A program made the translations under genes and the position numbers. Positions 29,091-40,000 of a stretch of 64,000 nucleotides of DNA are shown here, in pieces. Every line of letters starts with the position of its first letter. Positions within the stretch are counted from its first letter, which is position 1. The notes under the pieces were generated by a model. The model saw only the letters and a program-made list of their open reading frames with translations. It did not search any database and had not been told where the DNA came from. This DNA is from Coraliomargaritaceae bacterium (lineage in GTDB: Bacteria; Verrucomicrobiota; Verrucomicrobiia; Opitutales; Coraliomargaritaceae): assembly GCA_965656495.1 (NCBI GenBank), contig CBFHKU010000003.1:127803-191802 (forward strand), given 5' to 3'.

Positions 29091-30280
29091 TGATGAGCGC
29101 ACATTTTCACAATGACTTAAACGATCGGCGTGCCGGTTTCAGTTTACTTGAACTGATCGGTGTGATGACGGTCATTTCCATTCTCTTGGCGGCGGCGATT
29201 CCCCTGACGGTCAATGTGATTCAAAGTCAACGCCTCGCGGATGAAAAAGCCGCTTTACCGGCGCTGGCGGAAGCCTTGAAGCGGGGGATGCTCCGCGAGC
29301 AGGCTTTTCCGCTTTACGCGAATGGGGTAGCACGCAGTCAGGAGGCTGCGAACAATTATTACTGGTGGAATCTTGCCGCGCGTCACGGTGCGGGCAGCGC
29401 CAACGAGGCGCGTTATCCAGTGGGTTCGCGCAATACGGCGGGCAATGTGCGGAAGTTGTATTTCGCGGATGGGAGCTTTGCGGATTTTTCTTTCTCGGAC
29501 CTGACGGGCAATGGCTCCGGATGGCTGAATGATTTTCAGGATCCGCGCGAGTTACGGCTTTTGCTGCTTTCGACGACCAATCCCGACTTGCCGCTGCCGG
29601 ACACAATTAGCGGAGCGGAATTTGACAATCTCTGGGACAACTGGGCGGTTGGCAGTGATGGAGAACCCATGAGCGGTAATTGGGCGGCTTACGGGTTATC
29701 TGCTTCGCAATGGGAAAATCGCGCCGCAGAACTGGTGGTTCAGCGGGTGGATTTGCGGGAATGGTTGTGCGAGGTTACGGTGGAGATTCGGCGTGGTGTG
29801 GATGTTTCCGGGTTAGGTGTCATGCCCTTTAGCCTTTTAGATGTGGAAGACACTGCGGATATGCGTCGTGTAGTATTGGAAAATGTCTCCGGAGTGCAGG
29901 TACATGTGGCGCGTTCGACGGATCAGAATGGTTTCGGTGATGTTACTTATACGATCGAATCTATTGCGATTGATGGCATTCCCATTGTGGAGCTGGAATA
30001 CGACACGGATGATGGGATTTTCGAGGAATTAACTCCCCAGTTAATATTACTCAATGACTCGGGAGGCCAGGTGGATAATCAGGTTTTGAATTTAGAGGAT
30101 CGCAATTCCACTTTGGGTTTTGGCAATTCTGACAGTGCGATCCAAACGCGATATTTTTTGCTGAATGAAATTATCAACCTTTTAGACACCAGCGAACCAA
30201 CACCCAATCAAGTGGGGGCGGTGGTGTTGGATAAAAACTTTAAAACCCTTCGCTTTGACGGGCAACGTTGGCGGTATTAA
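29090..30280 (+). CDS. Large minor (pseudo)pilin
   Basis: RRAG|FSLLELIGVMTVISILLAAA prepilin motif; 396 aa. Confidence 0.85.
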   Translation: MMSAHFHNDLNDRRAGFSLLELIGVMTVISILLAAAIPLTVNVIQSQRLADEKAALPALAEALKRGMLREQAFPLYANGVARSQEAANNYYWWNLAARHGAGSANEARYPVGSRNTAGNVRKLYFADGSFADFSFSDLTGNGSGWLNDFQDPRELRLLLLSTTNPDLPLPDTISGAEFDNLWDNWAVGSDGEPMSGNWAAYGLSASQWENRAAELVVQRVDLREWLCEVTVEIRRGVDVSGLGVMPFSLLDVEDTADMRRVVLENVSGVQVHVARSTDQNGFGDVTYTIESIAIDGIPIVELEYDTDDGIFEELTPQLILLNDSGGQVDNQVLNLEDRNSTLGFGNSDSAIQTRYFLLNEIINLLDTSEPTPNQVGAVVLDKNFKTLRFDGQRWRY

Positions 30281-30303
30281 TTTGAGCAAAACGATTTAGC
30301 TAC

Positions 30304-31653
30304 ATGGCACAGGTATACATCATATGGGATCACGGGAAGCTGACGGCCTGGCGGCGGAAGGGGAAGTCGGCGGCTCTTCTGGCGGAGGCTCCGGTTGAAA
30401 AGGTGGAGGGTCTTTTAAGTTACCTGAAGGAAAATGGCCGCAAGCTCCGGATTTCGCACCTGACGATTTATCTGGATCATGGTGCCTTGGATCATCATGT
30501 GGAACGCTTGCCCCCGCTGGCAGGCAAGCTGCAGCGTCAATTAATGGCGCAGCGCAAGGAAAAGCTCTATGGTGCGGTGCCGCGGTCGTGGGTTTCGCAG
30601 GCGATGGAATTGACGGAGAAGGGTGCCCACAGTTTTCATTTTGTGGCCAGTTTGCCGGAAGCGCTGAGTGAACCGATCGCACGCTGGGCCTTGAATTCCG
30701 GTATCGTTCTCCAGGGAATTTTCAGTTTACCACACGCACTGGCGATGCTGGAGGCGGGGCCGGATGAGAGCGGGAAGTCGCGGATCATTTATCGCGCCGT
30801 GAATGAATCGGGCTATTTGTTGGCGTATGATGCGCTGGGTCGTTTTCTTTTCGTGAACCGGGTCGCGCGGAAAAATGCGAATGCGGATTCGCTGGAGTCG
30901 GGTTCAAAGCGCTTGGCGCTTTTTACGGAACAGGAATTTGGGGAGACTCTGGAGATACAACTCGAGTCGGGGGAAGATGATGCAGCGCCGGATGGGGAGG
31001 CTGCTCTGATTGGACGTTTGTTGCAGGGCAAGCCGTCCCTGAAAATGAATCTAATCGCGCCGAAGCAGCGGAATCGTCAACGCTGGCGTAAGCGTCGTCA
31101 TCGGGCCTTTGCGCTCAGTGTTACGGCTTTTGGTCTGAGCTTTCTGTTCATGTTGCCGCAAGTGGAGCGCAAGCGGGAGGTGCAGTTGCTTGCGGAGGCG
31201 ATGCAGACGGAAATACAGACGGAGTCATTGGCTACGCGCAAGATTGAGAATGATATTGTGAACAATCGGGCGCTCATGCATGTGATCGACTTCAGCCGTG
31301 AACGAATTGGGCTTACGGGTGAGGACGCAGTGCCGATGCCAATGTCGATGGCAGTGGGGGCAATTTCACACAGCCTCCCGAACGAGGTTGAGCTGGACAT
31401 GCTGGATTGCCGTTTGGTGGTGGAGGAGCCGAGTATCTCAGTTGAGATGCGGGGTCGCCCTTTGACAGCGGATATTGATCTGGTGGACACCTTGGAGCGT
31501 TTTGAAGAGGCTATAAAAAACCGGGGTTGGAACTATGGCGACTGGCAGTTGGCATTTGCGCGGGAACGGAGCCGGGAGTCGCGTTTTGATCGCAGGGGTT
31601 CTTTGCGTAGTTTTACGCTCTCGTTTAAACTTTATCCATTTGAGGAGAAATAA
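30304..31653 (+). CDS. Divergent PilM/PilN- or GspL-like alignment protein
   Basis: Cytoplasmic region, MNLI motif, basic patch, TM, coiled coil and LPNEVELD..L; operon position. Confidence 0.55.
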   Translation: MAQVYIIWDHGKLTAWRRKGKSAALLAEAPVEKVEGLLSYLKENGRKLRISHLTIYLDHGALDHHVERLPPLAGKLQRQLMAQRKEKLYGAVPRSWVSQAMELTEKGAHSFHFVASLPEALSEPIARWALNSGIVLQGIFSLPHALAMLEAGPDESGKSRIIYRAVNESGYLLAYDALGRFLFVNRVARKNANADSLESGSKRLALFTEQEFGETLEIQLESGEDDAAPDGEAALIGRLLQGKPSLKMNLIAPKQRNRQRWRKRRHRAFALSVTAFGLSFLFMLPQVERKREVQLLAEAMQTEIQTESLATRKIENDIVNNRALMHVIDFSRERIGLTGEDAVPMPMSMAVGAISHSLPNEVELDMLDCRLVVEEPSISVEMRGRPLTADIDLVDTLERFEEAIKNRGWNYGDWQLAFARERSRESRFDRRGSLRSFTLSFKLYPFEEK

Positions 31654-31659
31654 ATTACG

Positions 31660-32268
31660 ATGCGCAAACTGCTCTATATTCTTTACACTATTCTAGCCTC
31701 GTATCCGGTAATCTTTCTATTGGTGCTGGCAACAGTGGGAGTCGTCTATCTGGGCACGGGATATCGTCCTGTGGAGGCGCGTTATGAGGCTTTATTGGCG
31801 GAGCGGGTGCAGTTGAAGCAGGACCGCCAGCGTCTTGCGCAAGAATTGGAGGGTATGCGGCAAGGCGACTTGCAGAAACGTCTACAAATTTTCAGCAATG
31901 AATTTTTGGCAGCGGATGAGGTGGAGGAGGCGCGTCTTACGGGCGTATTAAACACGGCACTTGCGGCGAGTGGTTGGTCGATTGAATCGGCCGCCATCAA
32001 GATGGAAGAAACGCCGGAGGAGGCCTTGGGCTTGGGGGCTTTGGTTGTGGCGTATGAGGGGCGCGCACAGGGACTGACCTTGAGTGATGACAGTTCGTTT
32101 TTACCGACCTATTCCTTGATGCAGGCCTGCACTTATTTGTGGCGCAAGTCGCCGATAAAGGATTTCTCACGCATTTGTATTGAGCGTGATTCTAAGGGTT
32201 ATCGTGTGGACTTGGATGTCGTCTATCTGATGCGCGCGTTGACCGAAAGTGAGGAGGTGGAAGAATAA
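31660..32268 (+). CDS. PilO/GspM-like protein
   Basis: N-terminal TM plus coiled coil; follows the PilN/GspL-like gene. Confidence 0.5.
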   Translation: MRKLLYILYTILASYPVIFLLVLATVGVVYLGTGYRPVEARYEALLAERVQLKQDRQRLAQELEGMRQGDLQKRLQIFSNEFLAADEVEEARLTGVLNTALAASGWSIESAAIKMEETPEEALGLGALVVAYEGRAQGLTLSDDSSFLPTYSLMQACTYLWRKSPIKDFSRICIERDSKGYRVDLDVVYLMRALTESEEVEE

Positions 32269-33134
32269 TGCGAAGACATCTCAATAACCCAAAGGTGGTC
32301 ATCCCGGCGGCGGTATTGACCTTGGTCTTTTTCCTCTTCCGGATTGGAGTGTTTGATGGGATCGACATCAAGGCCTATTTCGAGAAGCAGGTGGTGCTGA
32401 TGGCGGAGGAGAGCAAGCCGACGGCGGTTCTTGAAATCGAGGCGAGCCGCATTGCCAAGGCGTTTACCAAGGAACGCTGGTTGCCGAATAATTGGCAGCA
32501 GTATGCTACGATGAAGCGGGAACTCTTTGTTGCGGATTATCAACTTGAGGAGGATGCGCTTCCCACGGTTGAGCTGGCGATAAAAGTGGATCCCGAGACG
32601 GGCGAGGTTGAAATTAAGGAAGAGGAATTGACGAGCTATATTGCGGAGAACATGGGTCTGGATGAAAGCGGATTCTTTGTGCGTTTTGGCGTGATACGGA
32701 AGCGGGAGGGGGATGATTTAAAGACGAAGGATGGGCAAGCTTTGACGCTGGGTAAGATTGCGATACCGGATCAGGGGCAGTTGAATGGCAACACGGCGTA
32801 TCGCTCGATTGAAGCCGTGATAGCGGGACTGACCCTGGAGGCGACCTCGCCGGTGGAAGTGGAGGAATTGGAGGCATTGACCGAGGGAGAAAATCCGGTT
32901 CCGGAAGTTTATCGTGAGGGTGACACCGTTACTGCAGAGCTGGTTGAGCAGAAACCGAAGCGCCGCGAGTATGCATCTGCCGTAATTTTAGGCGGGGTCA
33001 GCCCGAAGGATATTTATCGCGAGGGCGATTTGGTTTCGCGAATACCGGCGATAGGCTTGGCGAGTGTTTCTGAGCGGTCGGTTGAGTTGATTGATCGGGA
33101 GGGCAAGGTTTACCCGCTGCAGTTGCGCCGATAG
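32268..33134 (+). CDS. Membrane-anchored hypothetical protein (PilP/GspC-position)
   Basis: N-terminal TM; C-terminal YREGD..V.ERSVEL..L.L pattern; 1-nt overlap with the previous gene. Confidence 0.45.
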   Translation: MRRHLNNPKVVIPAAVLTLVFFLFRIGVFDGIDIKAYFEKQVVLMAEESKPTAVLEIEASRIAKAFTKERWLPNNWQQYATMKRELFVADYQLEEDALPTVELAIKVDPETGEVEIKEEELTSYIAENMGLDESGFFVRFGVIRKREGDDLKTKDGQALTLGKIAIPDQGQLNGNTAYRSIEAVIAGLTLEATSPVEVEELEALTEGENPVPEVYREGDTVTAELVEQKPKRREYASAVILGGVSPKDIYREGDLVSRIPAIGLASVSERSVELIDREGKVYPLQLRR

Positions 33135-33186
33135 GGGCTGTAAATTTTAATACTGCAAAGGTGGGCTTTGGGTTTATCCTGATCGT

Positions 33187-33675
33187 ATGAATGTTTATCT
33201 ATTGCGCCATGCGCAGGCAGAAGCGGGCTACCCGGACGGACAACGGCAATTAACGGCACGCGGGCGAAGTCATGCTCAACTTTTGGGTGAGTTCTTGCGC
33301 CGTTCGCCGGATGACCTGCCGGAGCGGATTCTGTGCAGCCCGCTGGTGCGAGCGCGGGAGACCCTTGAATTGGTGGGCGCGGCGTGGAGCGGTGAGCCGT
33401 TGGATGAACCGGAGGTGCTGGAGTCTTTGGTGCCAGAGGGGAACCCTTCGGAGGTCGTGACGGTTTTGGACTCTATGAAAGAGGATGTTTTGCTGGTGGG
33501 GCACAATCCAAACATCGAAGCGTTGAGTTCACTTTTAATGAGTGGGGAAAGTTACCGGGCACGACTTGTCGTTAAAACTTGTGTCTTGTTGTGTTTCAAT
33601 TGGTCGCCTTTCCCGAATCATGGAGAAACCGGGCCGGCGGCATTGCGTTGGATGCTGGATCCGCGTGGCCTTTAA
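33187..33675 (+). CDS. sixA: Phosphohistidine phosphatase SixA
   Basis: YLLRHAQA, RQLTARG, SPLVRARET, LLVGHNP. Confidence 0.88.
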   Translation: MNVYLLRHAQAEAGYPDGQRQLTARGRSHAQLLGEFLRRSPDDLPERILCSPLVRARETLELVGAAWSGEPLDEPEVLESLVPEGNPSEVVTVLDSMKEDVLLVGHNPNIEALSSLLMSGESYRARLVVKTCVLLCFNWSPFPNHGETGPAALRWMLDPRGL

Positions 33676-33703
33676 GCTTTGCTGCGTTTAAAAGGGAGCT
33701 TTG

Positions 33704-35287
33704 ATGAAAAATAAATGGAAATATTTCTGGGTGGTGGTCGCGATACTGGCGGGGTGGTATTTGGCGCGCCGCGATGCCGGAGTACTTGCCCCGGAGACAG
33801 GGGAGCGCAACCCGGCGCAAGCTGCGGCAGAAAGCCCGTCGCTTGCAGTAAATCCAGATTCCACGGTCGCGCCGCCGGTGCGTTTCCCCCTGCATGCGGT
33901 TGGGGATGAAGTCCTGGTATATTTCCCGGATGCGGCGAGCTATCGGGCTTATCTGGATGCGTTGGGAGGCGCGGGTGATGTAAAGCTGGGAAGTTTGGAT
34001 GCGCTGCGCTTCGTGCGCCTCCGCGCGGATTCGCTGCGTTTTGCGGATCCGGCAGATTTCGGCGGGCAAGTGGAGTTTAATTATCGGGTGCGGCAGCCTG
34101 CACCTCCGCTGGAATCCAATCCGCTCGTCTTGGGGCCGCTAAAGGGATTTGGGGCAAGCGCGCAGGAGATCGCGGGCGGCGGCCTTGAGGGCCGGGGTTC
34201 GGGGGTGGTGATCGCAGTGTTGGATTCAGGTATTGCGGATCATCGGCTTTTTGAAGGGGTAGAGATAGATTCGTATAATTGGGTGAGCGATGATCGGGTG
34301 AAGGCGAGCGCTCGGGCGCATGGGACTGCGGTGGCTTCAATTCTGAGCGGGAAAAGCGGCATTGCACCGGAGGCACGCCTTTTGGATTTCCGCGTCTTGG
34401 ACGCTGCGGGACAGGGCTCGAGTTTTGACGTGGCGGAGGCGATTGTAAGGGCGGCGGATATGGGGGCAGATGTGATCAATTTAAGCCTGGGGCTTTATCA
34501 AGAGACGGTGCTTTTGCGTGAGGCGGTTCGCTATGCGCACGAGAAAGGAGCCTTGTTGGTCGCGGCGGCGGGTAACGATGCGCTGACGCAATTGCCGTTT
34601 CCGGCGGCGTATGCCGAAGTGCTGGCGGTTACCGCAGTGGACGGAAACGGGCTCCATGCCGGTTTTTCGAATCGCTCGAAAGGGATCGATTTTGCGGCAC
34701 CGGGAGTCGGAGTGGTAGTGGCTGACCCGGAAGGTAAGGAGCGCCAGATAAACGGGACTTCGGCGGCGGCTCCTTTTGTGAGCGGAACGCTGGCGGCCTT
34801 GCTTTCCGAGGATCCCGAGGGTGCGCCGGAAAATGCGGTACGTCTTTTGAAGGCTCAATTGAATGAGGCGGGGGCGCCGGGGATTGATACAAGTTACGGA
34901 GGCGGTTTGGTGGATTGGGATCGTTTACGGGAACGTGAGAGTTCTGATTTGCGGGACCTTGCGGTGGCGGCGATTCACATGGAGTTGGGATCGCAACCCG
35001 GGACTCGGGTTCCCGTAAAAGTAGTGGTGCAAAACCGTGGTACTACTTGGATTCCTGAGGCGGAGTTGACGGTGGTGCAGGCCGGGGAGGCAACCGAGGA
35101 ATTTCTCATTACATCGCTTGCCCCCGGTGCCATTGCGGAGCGAACGGTGTATCGGTATCTTCCGTCGGCGGGGGTGGATGCGATCGTTGAAATGGGTGCC
35201 TGGGTCGCTTTGGAGGATGGTGCGGTGGACCGTCGCCCCGAGAACAACACCCGCTTTGCTCGTTTTACACCGGCGAAGATCGATTAA
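33704..35287 (+). CDS. S8 subtilisin-like protease with C-terminal Ig/CARDB-like domain
   Basis: IAVLDSG / HGTAVAS / GTSAAAP; AAAGND; DLAV..VVVQNRG CARDB-like pattern. Confidence 0.9.
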   Translation: MKNKWKYFWVVVAILAGWYLARRDAGVLAPETGERNPAQAAAESPSLAVNPDSTVAPPVRFPLHAVGDEVLVYFPDAASYRAYLDALGGAGDVKLGSLDALRFVRLRADSLRFADPADFGGQVEFNYRVRQPAPPLESNPLVLGPLKGFGASAQEIAGGGLEGRGSGVVIAVLDSGIADHRLFEGVEIDSYNWVSDDRVKASARAHGTAVASILSGKSGIAPEARLLDFRVLDAAGQGSSFDVAEAIVRAADMGADVINLSLGLYQETVLLREAVRYAHEKGALLVAAAGNDALTQLPFPAAYAEVLAVTAVDGNGLHAGFSNRSKGIDFAAPGVGVVVADPEGKERQINGTSAAAPFVSGTLAALLSEDPEGAPENAVRLLKAQLNEAGAPGIDTSYGGGLVDWDRLRERESSDLRDLAVAAIHMELGSQPGTRVPVKVVVQNRGTTWIPEAELTVVQAGEATEEFLITSLAPGAIAERTVYRYLPSAGVDAIVEMGAWVALEDGAVDRRPENNTRFARFTPAKID

Positions 35288-35332
35288 AATGATGTCTCGC
35301 AAATCGCGGGAAGCTTGCCTAAATCTGGCATT

Positions 35333-36475
35333 ATGAATGATTCGGAAGAGGCAGGACCCGCACTGGATGAGGGCGAGGTCGGTATTGTGGCCCACTCCGA
35401 TTTTGTGTGGAAGGAGCCTTTTGATTTTGAATCCGGCGGTCAGATCCCGGAGATGACGCTGCGTTATGAGACCTACGGGCGCTTGAATAAGGAGAAGTCG
35501 AATGCGATTCTTATTTGCCATGCCCTGACGGGAGACCATCACTGCGCGGGGGTTTATGACATGACCGAGCGCAAGCAGGGTTGGTGGAATTTTATGGTGG
35601 GACCGGGCAAACCGATCGACACGCGCAAATATTTTGTGATCTGCTCGAATGTGCTCGGTGGTTGTCAGGGTTCGACCGGGCCGCGCTCCATTAATCCCGA
35701 GACGGGGGCGCGGTATAATTTGGATTTCCCGAAGCTGACGGTGTGGGACATGGTGCGGGCGCAGGCTTTGTTGTTGGATTCATTGGGTTTGGAACGTTTG
35801 CACGCGGTCATTGGTGGCAGTATGGGTGGCATGCAGACCTTGCAATGGGCGATTGATTATCCGGAGCGGGTGGGTCGTTATATCGCACTGGCTTGTTGCG
35901 CCCGCCACAATGCTCAGGCTATTGCTTTTAACGATACCGGACGACAGGCGATTGTGCGCGATCCGGCGTGGCTGCAGGGTAAATATGAATCGGATGCACC
36001 GCCGGCGCATGGTTTGGCGGTGGCGCGCATGATGGCGCATATCACCTATCTTTCCGATGCCGGAATGGAGGCGCGTTTTGGGCGCAAGCGGCGCGGGGAG
36101 GATTCCTCGCGGGAACATTTCGAGGTGGAGTTTGAAGTGGAGAGCTATTTGCGCTACCAGGGGCAGCAATTCGTTTCACGCTTTGATGCGAACAGTTATC
36201 TTTATCTGACAAAGGCGCTGGATCGTTTTGATTTGCACGGCCCGGACGGAAGCCTTGATGGAACCCTTGCGGCGGTGCAGGCTCCGGGTCTGGTGGTGGG
36301 ATTTGGGAGCGACTGGCTCTATCCGCCGCAGGCAAACCGTGAAGTGGTGGAAGCCCTGCTGCGCTTGGGTAAGCCCGCAAGCTATGCCGAACTTGCTTTG
36401 GATGCCGGGCATGATTCCTTCCTCTTGCGCGCCCCCAAGTTGGATCAATTAATACGCACTTTCCTCGATCGCTAA
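35333..36475 (+). CDS. metX: Homoserine O-acetyltransferase
   Basis: YETYG, ICHALTGD, GPGKPIDT, GGSMGGM, RFDANSY, GHDSFL. Confidence 0.95.
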   Translation: MNDSEEAGPALDEGEVGIVAHSDFVWKEPFDFESGGQIPEMTLRYETYGRLNKEKSNAILICHALTGDHHCAGVYDMTERKQGWWNFMVGPGKPIDTRKYFVICSNVLGGCQGSTGPRSINPETGARYNLDFPKLTVWDMVRAQALLLDSLGLERLHAVIGGSMGGMQTLQWAIDYPERVGRYIALACCARHNAQAIAFNDTGRQAIVRDPAWLQGKYESDAPPAHGLAVARMMAHITYLSDAGMEARFGRKRRGEDSSREHFEVEFEVESYLRYQGQQFVSRFDANSYLYLTKALDRFDLHGPDGSLDGTLAAVQAPGLVVGFGSDWLYPPQANREVVEALLRLGKPASYAELALDAGHDSFLLRAPKLDQLIRTFLDR

Positions 36476-36477
36476 GC

Positions 36478-37086
36478 ATGAACCCCAACGCAAAAAAACG
36501 ACAAGTTGATTTTCAGGTGATTGCCCGCTGGGTGAAGGCCGGGGATCGTGTACTGGACCTGGGATGCGGGCGGGGAGTTCTGCTTGAATCGCTCATGCAA
36601 AAGCAGTCGGTCTACGGAGTGGGTGTGGATATTGAGTTGGATAAAATCATAAGCTGCGTGAAGCGCGGAGTTTCGGCGTATCACGGGGATGTCCATGGAA
36701 TTCTGGAAAATTTTGGTGATGGTAGTTTTGACCGGGTGATATTCAGTCGTTCCGTAGATCTGCTGGAACAGCCGAATGCCACGCTCGCGGAAGCCCTCAG
36801 GGTGGGAAAGCATGTAACGGTAGGATTCGTGAATCACGGTTACTGGCGCAATCGTCTCAGCTTTATTTCGCGTGGGCGACGCATCGAAAATGAAGTCTAT
36901 CCAAAGAAATGGCATGAAAGCCAGCCGACCAATCCATTTTCAATCGATGAATTTGACGGTTTTTGTAAGTCAGCCGGAATCCGAATCGTGAATCGGGAAT
37001 ACCTCTTGGGTAATTGGCGTGATACCTGCCGTATCCTTCCAGGTCTCTTTGCGGGTTACGCGATCTACGACTTGACTAAGGCTTAA
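36478..37086 (+). CDS. metW: Methionine biosynthesis protein MetW
   Basis: VLDLGCGRG methyltransferase fold; directly follows metX. Confidence 0.85.
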   Translation: MNPNAKKRQVDFQVIARWVKAGDRVLDLGCGRGVLLESLMQKQSVYGVGVDIELDKIISCVKRGVSAYHGDVHGILENFGDGSFDRVIFSRSVDLLEQPNATLAEALRVGKHVTVGFVNHGYWRNRLSFISRGRRIENEVYPKKWHESQPTNPFSIDEFDGFCKSAGIRIVNREYLLGNWRDTCRILPGLFAGYAIYDLTKA

Positions 37087-40000
37087 AGGCTTTGTTCCAG
37101 GAGCGGATGATAGCTTCAATGGCGTCTTGCAGGATGTTATAAAAGGCGGGTACGAGGAGGAGGGTCATGGCAGTCGCGAAGAGCACGCCAAAGCTGAGGG
37201 AGGTGGCCATTGGAATGAGAAACTGTGCCTGTAGGCTGGTTTCAAAAAGGAGCGGCAGGAGCCCCGCAAAAGTGGTCAGTGAAGTGAGAATGATGGGGCG
37301 GAATCGTGCCGAGCAGGCATTGACGATGGCGTCACGCAGCGGGACATCCCGTTTGCGTTCCTGATTGATAAAGTCAACGAGCACCAAGCTATCGTTGACG
37401 ACCACCCCGGCGAGGGCCACGAAGCCAAGGATGGACAGGATGCTCATTGCTTGCCCGAGCAGGAGGTGGCCGAGGATTGCGCCAATGAGCCCGAAGGGGA
37501 TCACGAACATCACGATAAGGGGTTGCAGGTAAGACTTTAGGGGTACTGCCAGAAGGGCATAGATGATAAAGAGAATGAGAATTGTTGTCTGAAAGAGACT
37601 CTTGAAAATGTCGGCTTGTTCACGGGCTTCCCCCTCAAAGGACCACGAGACGCCGGAGTAATCCTTTAGCAAGTTATCGAGGTAGGGTTCGTCGGCATTG
37701 TTGCGACCACTGAGATCCGCTTTGATTTGCTCAAGGTCCGCGATGTCTTTGTCGGCATTCGCGGTGATGTTGAGAACGCGGCGTCGATCCACCCGGGTGA
37801 TGCTTGAAAAGCCTTGAGTGATTTTAAAGTCGGCGACTTCTTCGAAGGGGACTTCTCCACCCGTTGCGGTGCGGATGCGGAGTTCCTCAAGGTTTTCAAG
37901 GGATTCGCGTTCTTCGCGGGGGTAGCGGACCATTACTTTAATATCGTCGCGACCGCGCTGAATGCGTTGCGCTTCGATGCCGTAGAAAGCGGCGCGTACC
38001 TGACGCCCGAGGTCATCGGTTCGCAGACCGAGCGCTTGGGCCGCGGGCTTGAGCTCAAGTTGGATTTCGCGTTTACCGCTGCTGTAGTTGTCGCGGATAT
38101 CGTAGAGGCCCTGATAGGTGGCGAGTTTGACCTTAATGGCTTCGGCAACTTCGCTGAGTTGTTTGAAATCGCGTCCTGATATTTGGATATCAATGGGACT
38201 GCCACCTTGTCCGGCGGCGTTGGCATCGTAAAGCAATTCCTTTACGCCTGCGATGGGGCCGGTTAATTCGCGCCAGCGTTTCGCGAGGTTGGGAGCGGAG
38301 AGCAGCTCGATATCTCCGCCATCAGCAAGGTCTTCCCGTTTTAAGAGTTCAACCCCTACTTCTCCAAGGCTGGGGTTGATTGTCCCTGAAACCGATCCTT
38401 GGGGCCCACCCATATTGGAGAAAGGTTGGCCGCCGGCGGTGACGGTCACGTTTTCAAATGGGTCACCATAACCCTGTGCTTTAACCTCATCCCGCAATTT
38501 TTGTAGGCTTACCTCGAGTTTCTCAATTGCAGCGGAGGTCGTGGCGGCGGGGGTTCCTTCCGGCATGACTAGTTTAGCGACCATGTAGTCAGACGGCACT
38601 TCGGGAAAAAAGACGAATGGGAGGTGCTTCCCGATGAGGAGGGAAAGCATCACTGCAAGGAGGCCTATGAAAAAGGAGACCGTGGCGTAGCGAAAACGAA
38701 TGGCGCGTTCGAGGAGGGGTCGATAGCGTTCCCTAACGAAACGTTCCATGCCGTCCGCAATTTTTCGCTGCTGGCGCAGCAACCAGCCGAGATTTTCACG
38801 ATCCGATCCACTTCCGACTTTACAGAGGGTAAGGTGGTAGGGCAGCACCAGTTTGGATTCGATCAGCGACCAGATCAGGCAGGCGATCACCACGACCGGA
38901 ATCGGGAAAAAGAATTTCCCAATGAAGCCCGGCATCGTTAGAATCGGCACAAAAGCGACGATCGTAGTGAGCACCGCAAAGGTCACAGGCGTGGAGACCC
39001 GATGGGTTCCCTGTACGGAGGCCTCCACTCCCGGTCCGCCGTGTTTTTGGTATTGGGTAAAAATACTCTCCCCCACGATAATGGCATCGTCCACCACAAT
39101 ACCGAGGACTAAAATAAAGCCGAAGAGGGAGGCGAGATTGATGCTGATATCAAACCAGGGCAGAAGGGTGAGGGCGCCGAGGAAGGAAATCGGGATACCC
39201 AGCATCACAAAGAAAGCTAGAGAAGGGCGCAGGAAAAGGGTGAGTATCAGGAAGACTAGGATGAGTCCGAAGATACCGTTTTCGATGAGCATCTGAAGGC
39301 GGCCGGTCAGGTAATAGGTGAAGTCATTGGTGGGTTTGATTTCGATTCCCGGGGGCAGTTCGCTTTCCACCTCTTTTGCAAAGGCGCGGACGCGCTTGGC
39401 GATGTCCAGCACGCCTTGATTTCCCAATGCGTAGATGGAAAGCAGCACGGCGCGCTCGTCGTTGAATTCCGTGGTTAATTCATCATCCACAAAGCCATCA
39501 TCGATGGTGGCGACGTCGCCAAGTGTGACGATTGCTCCGTCGGAGCGAGTCAGGACTGGAAGGGCTTCAAATTCGGGAGCACGGTAAGCCTTGGCGTTGG
39601 TGCGGAGTAAGATTTCCCCCGCGCGTGATTTGATCGCTCCGCCGGGGATATCGATGGAGTTGCGCTGCACTGCCTGCGCCACATCACTGAAGGTCAAGCC
39701 GTATCTCCGTAGTGATTTTTCCGATACATTAATAGAAATTTCGTAGGGAGCGACGCCGTTGATGTCCACTTGGCTGATGCCGTGGCGGGTGTTGAGTTCA
39801 TCGCGGATGTATTCGCCGATCTCCTTGAGATTCCGAATGTCGGTATCGCCGTAAAGCGCGAGAAAAATGACGGGATTACGGACGAGAAGTTCTTCAACGT
39901 TGGGACGTTCGGCCTCTTGCGGGAAATTAGTGATGCCGTCGATGCGGGACTTCACTTTGTCCCGTAGTTCGGTAGCGTCATATCCGCGCTCAACTTCAAT

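Noticed and set aside
35288..35332. SAM riboswitch upstream of metX
   Set aside because: The gap is only 45 bp and no recognisable aptamer motif is present.
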